From an uncultured Candidatus Saccharibacteria bacterium (GTDB taxonomy: Bacteria; Patescibacteriota; Minisyncoccia; Phycocordibacterales; UBA918), in the NCBI GenBank assembly GCA_964352875.1, contig CAYGTP010000002.1, positions 4,244-68,243 of the forward strand: a DNA stretch of 64,000 bases, in the 5' to 3' direction. How positions within the stretch are numbered: position 1 is the first letter of the stretch; each line of letters begins with the position of its first letter. The position numbers and the translations under genes were made by a program. Below the pieces are notes generated by a model. It saw nothing but the letters and a program-made list of their open reading frames with translations. It ran no database searches and was not told the DNA's origin. Shown here one piece after another: positions 38,675 to 48,898 of this stretch.

Positions 38675-38833
38675 GTGTGGACTCGAAGCAAGCAAACTGC
38701 TTTGCTTGTGTCAGGACTTGAACGCCGGAGACATGTCGAACGCAGCGGAGCGAGTACGACAGTCGAGGTGTGTCCCGCGGCACCTGCTAGATTGTGAGCA
38801 GAGCGAAACAATATAGCTTGGTGACCGTCAGGA

Positions 38834-38852
38834 CAAGTCCTGTCGAGTCCAC
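38834..38852 (+). repeat. 19-nt direct repeat of the tRNA-Ala 3' end (CAAGTCCTGTCGAGTCCAC), att-like
   Basis: Exact copy of 38628-38646 located 188 nt downstream; an inverted partial copy (rc of 38676-38686 and 38712-38723) lies between them. Confidence 0.8.
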
Positions 38853-38875
38853 CAAACCTGTTGAAAAATCACCTT

Positions 38876-38897
38876 GTTACGTAACATGTTACGTAAC
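38876..38897. promoter_or_regulatory. tandem palindromic decamers GTTACGTAAC-AT-GTTACGTAAC (candidate operator)
   Basis: Two exact copies of a self-complementary 10-mer, 12 nt upstream of the AbrB-like ORF. Confidence 0.55.
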
Positions 38898-38908
38898 AAA
38901 CTGTAGCT

Positions 38909-39070
38909 ATGAAGCAAAAACAAAATATTAGAAAAATAACTCGGGTAGGACAGCGGAGTTTAGCAGTAGTACTACCAGCCGCAATAGTGAAAGAGTTGGG
39001 GTGGCGAGAACGACAAAAGTTGGTGGTAAAGCGAGTAGGGAAGAGGGTGATAATTGAAGATTGGGAGTGA
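38909..39070 (+). CDS. AbrB/MazE/SpoVT-family small DNA-binding protein (53 aa)
   Basis: MKQKQNIRKITRVGQRSLAVVLPAAIVKELGWRERQKLVVKRVGKRVIIEDWE; swapped-hairpin LP..IVKELGW signature; under 60 aa so absent from the ORF track. Confidence 0.5.
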   Translation: MKQKQNIRKITRVGQRSLAVVLPAAIVKELGWRERQKLVVKRVGKRVIIEDWE

Positions 39071-39097
39071 TTATATCACGCTGCTCGAACCGCTTTC

Positions 39098-39541
39098 ATG
39101 AAAGCCACCAAAACTCAGAAGGAGTTGGTCATTTTTACCACCGGCCGCAAGCAGGTAAAGCTGCGCGGCGATTTTCGTAATGAGACACTCTGGGCTACTC
39201 AGGCAGAACTAGTGAAGCTGTTTGACGTTGATCAATCTGTTATTTCTCGCCATATACAAAATATCTTTAAAGATGCTGAGGTAGAGCAGGAAAGCAATAT
39301 GCAAAAAATGCATATTGCAAATTCTGACAAGCCAGTAACACTATATTCCTTAGATATCGTTCTAGCAGTGGGGTATAGAACTAACTCAGCAGTAGCAATT
39401 AAGTTCCGTCAATGGGCCACTACCGTCCTCCGGCAACACATAACCGACGGCTATACCATTAACCGGTCGCGCATCGGTGAAAACTACGAAGCCTTTATGG
39501 CGGCGGTTGAAAATCTCAAAGCCCTGGCGCCTGCCCGGTAG
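39098..39541 (+). CDS. RhuM-family protein, N-terminal conserved domain only (truncated)
   Basis: KELVIFTTGRKQVKLRGDFRNETLWATQAELVKLFDVDQSVISRHIQNIFKDAEV...LDIVLAVGYRTNSAVAIKFRQWATTVL matches the RhuM N-domain; full-length members are about 330 aa. Confidence 0.6.
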   Translation: MKATKTQKELVIFTTGRKQVKLRGDFRNETLWATQAELVKLFDVDQSVISRHIQNIFKDAEVEQESNMQKMHIANSDKPVTLYSLDIVLAVGYRTNSAVAIKFRQWATTVLRQHITDGYTINRSRIGENYEAFMAAVENLKALAPAR

Positions 39542-39548
39542 TAACAGA

Positions 39549-39580
39549 CGCCCGGCCCGCTCACGCTCGCCGGGCGTTTG
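39549..39580 (+). terminator. GC-rich hairpin terminator ACGCCCGGC-N12-GCCGGGCGT-TTGTG
   Basis: 9-bp GC stem followed by a T-containing tail; followed by the extended -10 TGGTATACT at 39585-39593. Confidence 0.55.
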
Positions 39581-39605
39581 TGCGGTTTGGTATACTCAGG
39601 CGGTT

Positions 39606-40751
39606 ATGTCTTTCAAATTCCATCTGCTGATTATTGGTGTTGTGGCAGTGCTGTCTGTGCTCGCGTTTCTATGGTGGCCGCAGCTTGCGCTCGAGTGGGG
39701 TACTGCCGCTACTTCCACCGCTTCATTCACCGACACCGAAGCGGGCTTTGAGGCAGAGCCAGAGAATGGTGATGTCGCAGCGCACCTCACCGCAACTCCG
39801 ACGCCCGAGTACCGAGTGGGACGCGGGCAGTACACGCTCGCCGAGCTAGCTAGCTGGGAACGGCCCGCTGGTCCGCTGCGGGTGGGAGTGCAGATTGGCC
39901 ACCTCGATAATGGCGATGTGCCAGAGGAACTCTCGGGCCTGACACGCAATGGCGCCGGGGCAGTCTGGGGGCCATACAACGAACGCGACACGATGGCCGT
40001 GATTGCCGAGCTCGTTGCGGCTGAACTCCGAGCAAATGACATTGAAGTAGAACTGCTGCCAGCGGTGGTGCCACCCGGCTATGTAGCTGATGCGTTTGTC
40101 TCCATCCATGCTGATGGAAATACCAATGAATCAGTGCGGGGGTTTAAGATTGCTGGTCCACGGCGCGACTACGCCGGCACCTCCGAAGCGCTGGTCGACG
40201 CGCTGTACGAGAGCTACGCTGCCGCGACTGGTCTCCCGCAAGACCCGTCCATCTCGCGCCGCATGACCGCCTATTACGCCTTCAACTGGCCACGCTATGA
40301 GCACGCGATCCATCCTTTCACCCCATCGGTGATTGTCGAGACGGGCTTTCTCACCAACGCAGCCGACCGCGCTTTTCTACTCAATGAACCAGAACGTGCT
40401 GCCGCCGGCATCGCGGCCGGCATTGTAGCGTTTCTTGAGAGTAATCCAGAGCCGGTGCCGCCACCGGGCTCGCTCACTGCGCCGGCCTTGCCACTTTCTG
40501 GCGCCGTCGAATGCGCACCGGTGCGTGCTGAACGTCGCGACCGCGATAGCCGTCCGTGTGAGGCGGCGCTACGCGATGCCGACGGCTACCATTACCTCCT
40601 CCTGTCTGAGCCTCCGCTGGCCACCAGTAGCCTGCCGTACGAAGCGACAATCTCTGGGCAGTATATGCCGGTGCAGGTGCTTGATAATTACTTTTGGTTT
40701 CAGTACGAAGTGCGTGGACTTATTATAGTCGAAGATATTGAATCAGAATGA
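39606..40751 (+). CDS. N-acetylmuramoyl-L-alanine amidase (Amidase_3 family), membrane-anchored, GC-rich foreign gene
   Basis: N-terminal TM; VQIGHLDNG...FVSIHADGN...SVIVETGFLTN motif set of Amidase_3; GC visibly above 60% versus about 45% in flanks. Confidence 0.65.
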   Translation: MSFKFHLLIIGVVAVLSVLAFLWWPQLALEWGTAATSTASFTDTEAGFEAEPENGDVAAHLTATPTPEYRVGRGQYTLAELASWERPAGPLRVGVQIGHLDNGDVPEELSGLTRNGAGAVWGPYNERDTMAVIAELVAAELRANDIEVELLPAVVPPGYVADAFVSIHADGNTNESVRGFKIAGPRRDYAGTSEALVDALYESYAAATGLPQDPSISRRMTAYYAFNWPRYEHAIHPFTPSVIVETGFLTNAADRAFLLNEPERAAAGIAAGIVAFLESNPEPVPPPGSLTAPALPLSGAVECAPVRAERRDRDSRPCEAALRDADGYHYLLLSEPPLATSSLPYEATISGQYMPVQVLDNYFWFQYEVRGLIIVEDIESE

Positions 40752-40762
40752 TTTAAGAGTTC

Positions 40763-41623
40763 GTGTATAATCCATCTATGACAACCGAAGAAAAATTCAA
40801 CGATTTAAAATATATAGTTGAAGGCATAGGGAAGCGGGCGCACGATTATTTTAACTCTGCTAGTGTTGATAATGAACAAAAGGCCGATGGTTCGGTGGTT
40901 ACTGAGATTGATAAAGCGATCGAACGATCTATTCGTGAATATATCCTCGTCAATTTCCCTGACGACACCATTATTGGTGAAGAACAAGATACGAGAGAAG
41001 GAACGAGCGGGTATGTGTGGCACGTCGATCCGATTGATGGCACGGACAATTTTCTTAGAAAGATTCCGTTTTTCGCTATTTCCATTGCACGCTTGGGTGA
41101 CACTCCGGCTGAGTCGTTTGCGATTATTCATAATCCCACCACCAAGCAAACTTTTTCGACTTTTATGGAAACAGAAGGTGGGGTGTTTGAAAATGAAAAG
41201 ATCTGTGAACTTTCAGCCGAACCGCTGGGCGGGAAGTTAATTATGTCGGTCGGGCGTGGCGGTGAGCCGTGGATGAAGAAAGCATTCTATCCTTTGTCTA
41301 AAAAAATCGGTCTCAAGTATGGACGCTGTGCATCATACAACTGTACCGCACTCGAGTTGGCGTACGTTGCAGCCAACAGAATTGACGCTTATCTAACGTA
41401 CGGTCTGCATACGTGGGACTACGCCGCTGGATTTTTCCTCGTCAAGGCAGCCGGCGGAGCGATCAGTGTATTTGAGAACGGAGAGTGGCAACGCTGGGAT
41501 AAAAGCATCAAGGAACTCTGTTCTGAGCACGGTAGATTCATCTTTACCTCTCATCCTGACATGCACGAAGAGTTTTTGACTGAGATAGGGAAACCAACGG
41601 AGTGGGAAGGGAGGGAGGAATGA
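40763..41623 (+). CDS. inositol monophosphatase family protein (SuhB-like)
   Basis: WHVDPIDGTDNFL and WDYAAG motifs. Confidence 0.8.
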   Translation: MYNPSMTTEEKFNDLKYIVEGIGKRAHDYFNSASVDNEQKADGSVVTEIDKAIERSIREYILVNFPDDTIIGEEQDTREGTSGYVWHVDPIDGTDNFLRKIPFFAISIARLGDTPAESFAIIHNPTTKQTFSTFMETEGGVFENEKICELSAEPLGGKLIMSVGRGGEPWMKKAFYPLSKKIGLKYGRCASYNCTALELAYVAANRIDAYLTYGLHTWDYAAGFFLVKAAGGAISVFENGEWQRWDKSIKELCSEHGRFIFTSHPDMHEEFLTEIGKPTEWEGREE

Positions 41624-41902
41624 TTTGTTGGGAATCGAACTCTGCTAATTCAGTACTGGTTGTTGCTATGGGGTGGGGAATCGACTATTTCTACACTCCT
41701 CTCCGTCGGTAGAAATATTGTTCGCGATCTTGACTCATTTGCCCCAAGGCAATCAACGGGGAATCTTTCGTTACACGAACAGTATACCTTGTGGCTATAT
41801 TATTTCGCTCTGCTCATAATCTAGCGCACAAGGTCTTCGATTCCCACGTAACGTGCCCCCGGCACGTTACTCGCGGGTCCACTCATTCACTTTGTTCATT
41901 CG

Positions 41903-41973
41903 TGGACCCGCGGGGAATCGAACCCCGAATTCATCCATGCCATGGATGTGTGTTACCGTTATACCACGGGCCC
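41903..41973 (-). tRNA. tRNA-Ala (anticodon GGC)
   Basis: Reverse-complement folds as GGGCCCG acceptor with G3:U70, anticodon loop AT-GGC-AT, T arm CGGGG-TTCGATT-CCCCG, 3' CGGGTCC-A; one A:C mismatch in the D stem. Confidence 0.6.
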
Positions 41974-42110
41974 AAGTTGGCGAGATTTTAGCATAGTTTT
42001 GCTGAATATCTAATTATTGTAGGGTACTACCGCAAGCACTTCCATTTTGCGTACAATTTGGTAGTATAGCGGGGAAGCAACGGATAGTTGCGGGACAGAA
42101 TTAGGAATCG

Positions 42111-42127
42111 AATAGAAATTCTATTCT
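42111..42127. promoter_or_regulatory. perfect inverted repeat GAATAGAA-A-TTCTATTC in the 360-nt leader of the V-ATPase operon
   Basis: 8-bp arms, 1-nt spacer, about 210 nt upstream of the first ATPase gene. Confidence 0.4.
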
Positions 42128-42339
42128 CGTTTTGTCTCGCAGCGCCAGCTTCACTGGTAGCTCGTATGGTATTGCCATACTCGTATAGTATTTTCCCCGT
42201 TCCTAGCTTGACTAACTACCCAAAGGCGGTAGTATGCAGTCGCACAAATGACGTTCTCAGAAAGGAGAATTCTACTCGGTGCGCTTGGTAGGCTGTCGAC
42301 TTACGTTTGGAGAGAGTGCTATCAAACTAAGTATATTTT

Positions 42340-42651
42340 ATGTCAGTAATTGAAGAAATTAAAGCCGCTGAAGCGGCAGCAGTACAAACTATCGAAGACG
42401 CCAAAATTGAAGGCGCTCGGCTCGTTGCTGAAGCGCAAACAGCTCAAAAATCAACCCTTGATGCCACCAAAAAGCAGCTTCAAGACATTGAGGTTGCCTC
42501 ACTGCAATCACATCAGGTAGTGATTAATGACAAGCAGCAAAAAATTGCAGCTGAAGCCGCTGATACCGTGGCTGCGTTTGAAACTACAGTCAAGGCTGCT
42601 GCAGGTGCCCATAAAGACTTGATAAAAAAGACTTTTCTCTCAAGTAACTAG
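42340..42651 (+). CDS. V/A-type ATPase small peripheral-stalk subunit (NtpF / subunit G-H-like)
   Basis: 103-aa all-helical A/E/K/Q-rich protein in the first position of an ntpFIKECGABD-ordered operon. Confidence 0.5.
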   Translation: MSVIEEIKAAEAAAVQTIEDAKIEGARLVAEAQTAQKSTLDATKKQLQDIEVASLQSHQVVINDKQQKIAAEAADTVAAFETTVKAAAGAHKDLIKKTFLSSN

Positions 42652-42660
42652 ATACATTTT

Positions 42661-44643
42661 ATGGCAGTTCTCCAGATGCAAAAACTCCGCTTGGTCATAC
42701 ATCAAAACGATGTCAATCGTCTGTTAGAACTAGTGCAACCAAGCGCTGCCGTTGAATTTATTGATACTAATACTGATGATTTGGTTGAGATAGCGGTAAT
42801 ATTTACGCACCAGGAGTTGCTTACCCACGTGCAGCAAGCCATTTTGTTTTTAGGAAATCATGAAGTAGCACCGGGGATGTGGCATACATTGCGAAATGGC
42901 TCTTTTACTACTCTTTCCGAAGCTGACATCAAAACCGCAGCTACTGATACTACGGTTATAAAGTCGTTATTAGAGCAAACTGATACACTGCAAGCCAACT
43001 ATACGGCAGCACAAAATGAAGTCAAAACCCTTACGGATCAAATTGCTGCCCTGACGGCCTGGCAAAGGCTGCCCTTTGCAGTCTCGGATTGCCAAACCAG
43101 CACTACCACCACATATCTCTTGGAATACGTAGGGAAGAAGCCATCGGTAGTAAGTCAGATTGTACAAACCCTTACTGAACGAAGCCAAGAAGCCGAACTA
43201 GCAGTGGTAGCGACGGCAATCAGTGATACACAATTGACCCTGACGGTACATACTGAAACGGTAACGATGTCACAAGTTACTGCACTGCTGGACGACCTTG
43301 AAATAACTATTGCAGCCGACCTCCCAGGTACTGAATTACCTACGATTGAATTACAACGGACACAAGAACGACTGACGAATGCTACCGTATCCTTGGCGGC
43401 TATCTCAGCTCAGTGTGCAAATTTTGCTAACGCTCACCTCCGTGAGCTTAGAATTTGTGGGGAAGTACTCAACTGGGAGCGCGATCGTGTTAGTGCTTTA
43501 GCGACTGCGAAAGCCACTGCCGAAACTACCGTGATGGATGCCTGGGTAGTAGCCGACTATCGCCCGACTTTAGAAAGAGTTATTGCAAATAATCATATAG
43601 CCGCAGTCATTCAAGATCTAGAACTAGAAGCCGATGAAGAACCACCAGTTGAGATTCGTAATTCTGAATTTTTCAAGCCGTTTGAAGTGATTACTAGACT
43701 CTATGGTATGCCGGGTTATAAAGACTTAGATCCAACTGCGTTCTTGGCAGGTTTCTTCTTTCTATTTTTCGGTTTGTCACTTACGGATGTAGGGTACGGT
43801 GCCTTTTTGATGATTGTATCAGTTGGAGTATTAACATTGTTTGTCGTCCCACCAATTGTCCGAACTTTTACAAAACTGTTATTTTTGATGGGCCTTGGTT
43901 CTTTTTTGGTTGGGTTACTCTTTGGTGGATATCTTGGAATTGCACCAGAATCACTACCAGCTGTGCTTCGAGCCATCCAAGTATTTGATCCAATTGGTAA
44001 CCCGTTGCCAGTCTTTTATCTCGCGCTTGGTCTCGGCGTCTTCCAAGTAATGGTTGGTATGGTACTTAAAATATACAGTGAGGCACGTAATAACCGTCTG
44101 GTATCAGGGTTACTGGATCAAGGTCCATGGTTGTTCGTATTCTGTCTGGGTATTGCGTATATTGGGGTAGTGACTGGATACCTCAGTGGTATCACTGAAT
44201 CGCAACTGATCAACCTTATGTACGTCGGGGTAGTACTCATCGTGGTTGCCAGTGGCCGGCACGGAAAGACGTTTTTTGAAATGATCCAAAAAAGTCTCCT
44301 CAGCCTTTACGATAGTATCGGATATTTTTCAGACATCCTTTCGTACTCTAGACTCTTAGCACTTGGATTAGCCACTACTGCACTAGCTTTTGCAGTTAAC
44401 CTTATTGCTGAAATTGTCAGTGACTCAGTGCCATATCTGGGGCCAGTGCTTGCAATCGTTGTGCTCGTTATCGGCCACCTTTTCACCCTGGCCGTGAACA
44501 CACTAGGAGCATTTATTCACAGCGCTCGACTTCAATTTGTAGAGTTTTTTGGCAAGTTCATTAGTGGAACTGGCCGAGAATTCAAACCGCTGGCTAGGTC
44601 CTATCGCTACATCGCAGCCAAGGACGAGTCGTCATCGGCTTGA
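42661..44643 (+). CDS. ntpI: V/A-type ATPase subunit I (a subunit)
   Basis: 660 aa, hydrophilic N-terminal half then multi-TM C-terminal half with the conserved Arg-containing helix region. Confidence 0.8.
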   Translation: MAVLQMQKLRLVIHQNDVNRLLELVQPSAAVEFIDTNTDDLVEIAVIFTHQELLTHVQQAILFLGNHEVAPGMWHTLRNGSFTTLSEADIKTAATDTTVIKSLLEQTDTLQANYTAAQNEVKTLTDQIAALTAWQRLPFAVSDCQTSTTTTYLLEYVGKKPSVVSQIVQTLTERSQEAELAVVATAISDTQLTLTVHTETVTMSQVTALLDDLEITIAADLPGTELPTIELQRTQERLTNATVSLAAISAQCANFANAHLRELRICGEVLNWERDRVSALATAKATAETTVMDAWVVADYRPTLERVIANNHIAAVIQDLELEADEEPPVEIRNSEFFKPFEVITRLYGMPGYKDLDPTAFLAGFFFLFFGLSLTDVGYGAFLMIVSVGVLTLFVVPPIVRTFTKLLFLMGLGSFLVGLLFGGYLGIAPESLPAVLRAIQVFDPIGNPLPVFYLALGLGVFQVMVGMVLKIYSEARNNRLVSGLLDQGPWLFVFCLGIAYIGVVTGYLSGITESQLINLMYVGVVLIVVASGRHGKTFFEMIQKSLLSLYDSIGYFSDILSYSRLLALGLATTALAFAVNLIAEIVSDSVPYLGPVLAIVVLVIGHLFTLAVNTLGAFIHSARLQFVEFFGKFISGTGREFKPLARSYRYIAAKDESSSA

Positions 44644-44672
44644 AGCGGAAATTAACAGTATTATTACACTAA

Positions 44673-45164
<492 letters not shown>

Positions 45165-45166
45165 TC

Positions 45167-45742
45167 ATGAGTACTAACCCTCTCATTACTAAAATCAATA
45201 CTGATGCTAAAGCCAAGGCTGACGCAGTTTTGGTAGAGGCTAAGCAAACAGTCGGTCAGATCGAACAGGCGATGGCAACAGCAGTAGCCGACCTCGAATC
45301 AGTCGCTAAGGACCGTTTAGCAAAACGCATGAAGCAAGCTGAATTGGTAGCGCTAGCCAAAGCAACTCAGGCCGGAAAGTTGGCTTTGCAGCAAGCCAAA
45401 CGATCATATCTAGACGCACTGTTTGCTTCAGTGTATACCGAACTTAGTGAATTATCAGACACTGACTACATAGCACTTGTAACCAGTATTGCTGCTAATG
45501 TGCTGCCAGCAGACTTGCAGACAGTGACCGTAGCTTCCTACCCAAGTAACCGACAAGCTCTCACTGAATCTCTACTTAAGACATTACATATTACTGCTGT
45601 AACTATGCAAGTAGATGATTCTCTTGATGCTGGCATGATACTTGAAACAGCTGACGGAGTGTATGACATTACACTCAATCGCGTATTTAGCGAGCGCCGA
45701 ACTGATTTAGAAATCAAAATTGCCGCATCGCTCAACGCATAA
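45167..45742 (+). CDS. ntpE: V/A-type ATPase subunit E
   Basis: Helical N-terminus then globular C-terminus; operon position; start chosen after the ntpK stop. Confidence 0.65.
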   Translation: MSTNPLITKINTDAKAKADAVLVEAKQTVGQIEQAMATAVADLESVAKDRLAKRMKQAELVALAKATQAGKLALQQAKRSYLDALFASVYTELSELSDTDYIALVTSIAANVLPADLQTVTVASYPSNRQALTESLLKTLHITAVTMQVDDSLDAGMILETADGVYDITLNRVFSERRTDLEIKIAASLNA

Positions 45743-45749
45743 TCTCTGT

Positions 45750-46730
45750 ATGCAAACTAACTACATCTACAGTACCAATCGAGTTACCGCTGTTGCCACC
45801 ACGCTTCTGCAGACAGCTGATATCGAACGTTTGCTCCAAACTACCTCAAGTATGGAGCTAGTAGATGTACTTAAAGAAACGTATCTTGGTGCATACTTAG
45901 ACACAGTTACTGCAGAGCAAGTAACGTCAGCTCTTGAAACAGCCGTCATGGACGCAAAAAGAACAATAGAAACAATTTCACCAGTTAAAGATTTGTTTCA
46001 ATTACTGTGGATTCAACACGATATTCACAATCTTCGCACTTTTGCGAAAGCCACTCGTCATGAGGTGTCGTATAGCGATCTGACTGGACTACTTTCAGAA
46101 CGAGGGCACTATTCGTCAACTGTATTACATAGCTACTTAGAGCGGAACGAGCTAAATCGGTTGCAAACTGGGTGGCAAGAAGTCTACGATCAGGCGGTTC
46201 GACACGTTGCTGATGGAGAGATAGACAAAGTCGATGCGCTTTTTGATCAGCTGTACTTCAATACAATTATACGGCTCGCGACTTGGCACAGAGATGTCTT
46301 CCTTACTGTGTACGTGCGAGCTTTGATAGATTGCTACAACCTTAAAGCAAAGTTGCGCGTCCTACGGTATCCAGCTCTCACTGCCACCACTGCACATGTA
46401 TCAGGCGGCACCTTTGCAGCTTCAGAACTTGAGACTAAAGATCAAGTAAAGCAAGCTGCTGCAGTACTCGGCACAGTTGATTGGGAAGTTGCATTGACGC
46501 AGTATGAAGAAACTGGCAACACCACTGTCTTTGATGTTTGTGTCGACGCCTATTTATTTCAACTAGCAAAACAAGCGAGCTACGATGCATTCTCTTCCGC
46601 TTCCATCGTACGCTACTACCGGCTAGCTGAAGCAAATGTAAGCAATGTGCGTGCAATCATAAATGGTAAAAATAGCCGTATGGATGAAACAATTATCCGA
46701 GCTAATCTGCGACTTGTGTATGACAACTAA
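45750..46730 (+). CDS. ntpC: V/A-type ATPase subunit C (d)
   Basis: about 327 aa all-helical; operon position. Confidence 0.65.
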   Translation: MQTNYIYSTNRVTAVATTLLQTADIERLLQTTSSMELVDVLKETYLGAYLDTVTAEQVTSALETAVMDAKRTIETISPVKDLFQLLWIQHDIHNLRTFAKATRHEVSYSDLTGLLSERGHYSSTVLHSYLERNELNRLQTGWQEVYDQAVRHVADGEIDKVDALFDQLYFNTIIRLATWHRDVFLTVYVRALIDCYNLKAKLRVLRYPALTATTAHVSGGTFAASELETKDQVKQAAAVLGTVDWEVALTQYEETGNTTVFDVCVDAYLFQLAKQASYDAFSSASIVRYYRLAEANVSNVRAIINGKNSRMDETIIRANLRLVYDN

Positions 46731-47064
46731 CCAATACAAAATTGCCATCATTGGTCCCAATGAAACTGTCTCTGGCTTTCGTGCGCTTGGAGTAGATGCA
46801 CTTGATGCAAGAACCGGTAGTGAAGCAATGGAACAACTGCGACAGATCAAAATCAACCGTGACAATGGCGACGGTCCGCACTATGCCGTCGTCTGCATTA
46901 TAGAAGACTTACTCACTGACGTAGATAGCAGTGAATACAGCAAGATTATATCTGGCCCACTACCAGCTGTGATTTCTTTACCCGGTCCACAAGGTAGCCA
47001 GGGTGTCGCACTGGCGCGTTTGCGTCGGCTCGCAGAACAAGCCGTTGGCTCCGCCATTATTTAA
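46720..47064 (+). CDS. ntpG: V/A-type ATPase subunit F
   Basis: KIAIIGPNETVSGFRALGV matches the subunit F N-terminus; overlaps the previous stop. Confidence 0.7.
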   Translation: MTTNQYKIAIIGPNETVSGFRALGVDALDARTGSEAMEQLRQIKINRDNGDGPHYAVVCIIEDLLTDVDSSEYSKIISGPLPAVISLPGPQGSQGVALARLRRLAEQAVGSAII

Positions 47065-47102
47065 ATTTAAAAACGATTATTACTACCAGTAATTATAAAA
47101 GT

Positions 47103-48893
47103 ATGACTACAACAAACAATACAACAGAATCAACTACTGCAGCCGGTGTCATCACTAGAGTAACAGGGCCGTTGGTACGTGCCTCGGGCATGGGTGCTGC
47201 CAAGCTCTACGAAGTGGTTCGGGTATCTGAAGAACGTTTGATGGGTGAAATCATTGAACTTCACGGTGACGAAGCGGCGATTCAGGTGTACGAAGAAACC
47301 GCTGGAATTGCACCAGGTGACCCTGTCTACCGAACTGGTCGTACTATGTCTGTGGCGTTGGCGCCAGGTTTGTTGGAGTCTATCTATGACGGTGTACAAC
47401 GTCCGCTCAAAGAAATCGAAGCAGTGGCCGGTAACTGCTACATCAAACGCGGTATCGAAGCAGAAGCAATTGATACAAAAAAGCAGTGGAAATTTACTGC
47501 TAGCGTGAAGGCTGGCGATACGGTGGTAGCTGGTGACGTGCTGGGTGAAGTGCAGGAAACTGCTTTGATTGTCCACAAAATAATGGTACCCCCTGGTATC
47601 TCTGGGCAAGTGGCCACCATCCAAACCGGCGACTTTACGGTTACAGAAACGATTGCCACTATCACCACTGAAACTGGAGAAGAAGCCGTGCAGATGTTGC
47701 AGTACTGGCCGATTCGAGTAGCTCGACCAAAGCAAGCAAAAATTTTCCCGTCTGAACCACTCCGTACCGGAGGGCGATCTATCGATACGTTTTTTCCAAT
47801 TGCCAAAGGTGGAGCAGGGTCAATTCCTGGACCATTTGGTGCTGGAAAAACCGTCACACAGCAGTCAATTGCAAAGTACTGCGATGCGGAAATCATTGTC
47901 TACATTGGTTGCGGGGAACGGGGTAACGAGATGACTGAAGTACTGTCAGAATTCCCGCACCTGATTGATCCGAATACTGGCGAACCGTTGATGAAACGAA
48001 CGATTTTGATTGCTAATACCTCAAACATGCCAGTAGCAGCGCGTGAAGCGTCTGTCTACACTGGTATTACAATTGCGGAATACTACCGTGACATGGGGTA
48101 CAACGTAGCTTTGATGGCCGACTCGACGTCGCGTTGGGCTGAGGCGATGCGTGAAATCTCTGGTCGACTCGAAGAAATGCCGGGCGAAGAAGGGTATCCA
48201 GCCTATCTCTCATCACGTACTGCTGAATTTTATGAACGAGCTGGAATCGTGACAACCCTTGGAAGTGAAGGACGAACTGGATCATTGACGGTCATTGGAG
48301 CGGTATCACCACCGGGAGGTGACCTTTCAGAACCAGTCTCGCAAGCAACCTTGCGGGTGACTAAAACGTTTTGGTCACTCGACTCAGGTCTAGCGTACAA
48401 GAAGCATTTCCCGTCAATCAACTGGTTGACTTCATACTCTCTGTACGCTCCGAACTTCCAAAACTTTTGGGCAACAGAAATTGCGCCAGATTTCGCTAGC
48501 GTACGAGAAAGAGCCATCACCCTCTTAGGGCAGGAATCAAAACTGCTTGAAATTGTTCGACTGGTCGGAATGGAGTCCTTGTCACCAAGCGACCGTTTAG
48601 TGATCGAGGTAGCGCGAATGATTCGCGAAGACTTCTTATTTCAAAATGCTTTTGATCCTGACGATGCCTATACACCGCTTGATCGGCAATACGGCATCCT
48701 TAAGTCAATTGTCACGTTTTATGATGCCGGTTTAGGTGTTGTTTCTACACCAGACTTTGAATTTGCAACCTTTACCAAAATCCCTTCCCTGGCACAGGTA
48801 GCCACCCTGAAAAACCAACTGGACTGGAAAGCAGCAGACTTTGAAGCGTTTCAAGCAACGGTCCGGGACGAAATTAATAGCCTCGTAAAATAA
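47103..48893 (+). CDS. ntpA: V/A-type ATPase catalytic subunit A
   Basis: P-loop GPFGAGKT, non-homologous insert region, GER motif. Confidence 0.9.
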   Translation: MTTTNNTTESTTAAGVITRVTGPLVRASGMGAAKLYEVVRVSEERLMGEIIELHGDEAAIQVYEETAGIAPGDPVYRTGRTMSVALAPGLLESIYDGVQRPLKEIEAVAGNCYIKRGIEAEAIDTKKQWKFTASVKAGDTVVAGDVLGEVQETALIVHKIMVPPGISGQVATIQTGDFTVTETIATITTETGEEAVQMLQYWPIRVARPKQAKIFPSEPLRTGGRSIDTFFPIAKGGAGSIPGPFGAGKTVTQQSIAKYCDAEIIVYIGCGERGNEMTEVLSEFPHLIDPNTGEPLMKRTILIANTSNMPVAAREASVYTGITIAEYYRDMGYNVALMADSTSRWAEAMREISGRLEEMPGEEGYPAYLSSRTAEFYERAGIVTTLGSEGRTGSLTVIGAVSPPGGDLSEPVSQATLRVTKTFWSLDSGLAYKKHFPSINWLTSYSLYAPNFQNFWATEIAPDFASVRERAITLLGQESKLLEIVRLVGMESLSPSDRLVIEVARMIREDFLFQNAFDPDDAYTPLDRQYGILKSIVTFYDAGLGVVSTPDFEFATFTKIPSLAQVATLKNQLDWKAADFEAFQATVRDEINSLVK

Positions 48894-48898
48894 TTCAT

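Noticed and set aside
38584-38811. Minus-strand ORFs overlapping tRNA-Ala and its terminator
   Set aside because: Overlap a clean tRNA cloverleaf and att-like repeats; spurious.
41625-41700. GGAATCGAAC / GGGGAATCGAC motifs that look like reverse-complemented T-loops (possible extra minus-strand tRNAs)
   Set aside because: Hand-folding gave unpaired T-stems and no acceptor stem; not tRNAs.
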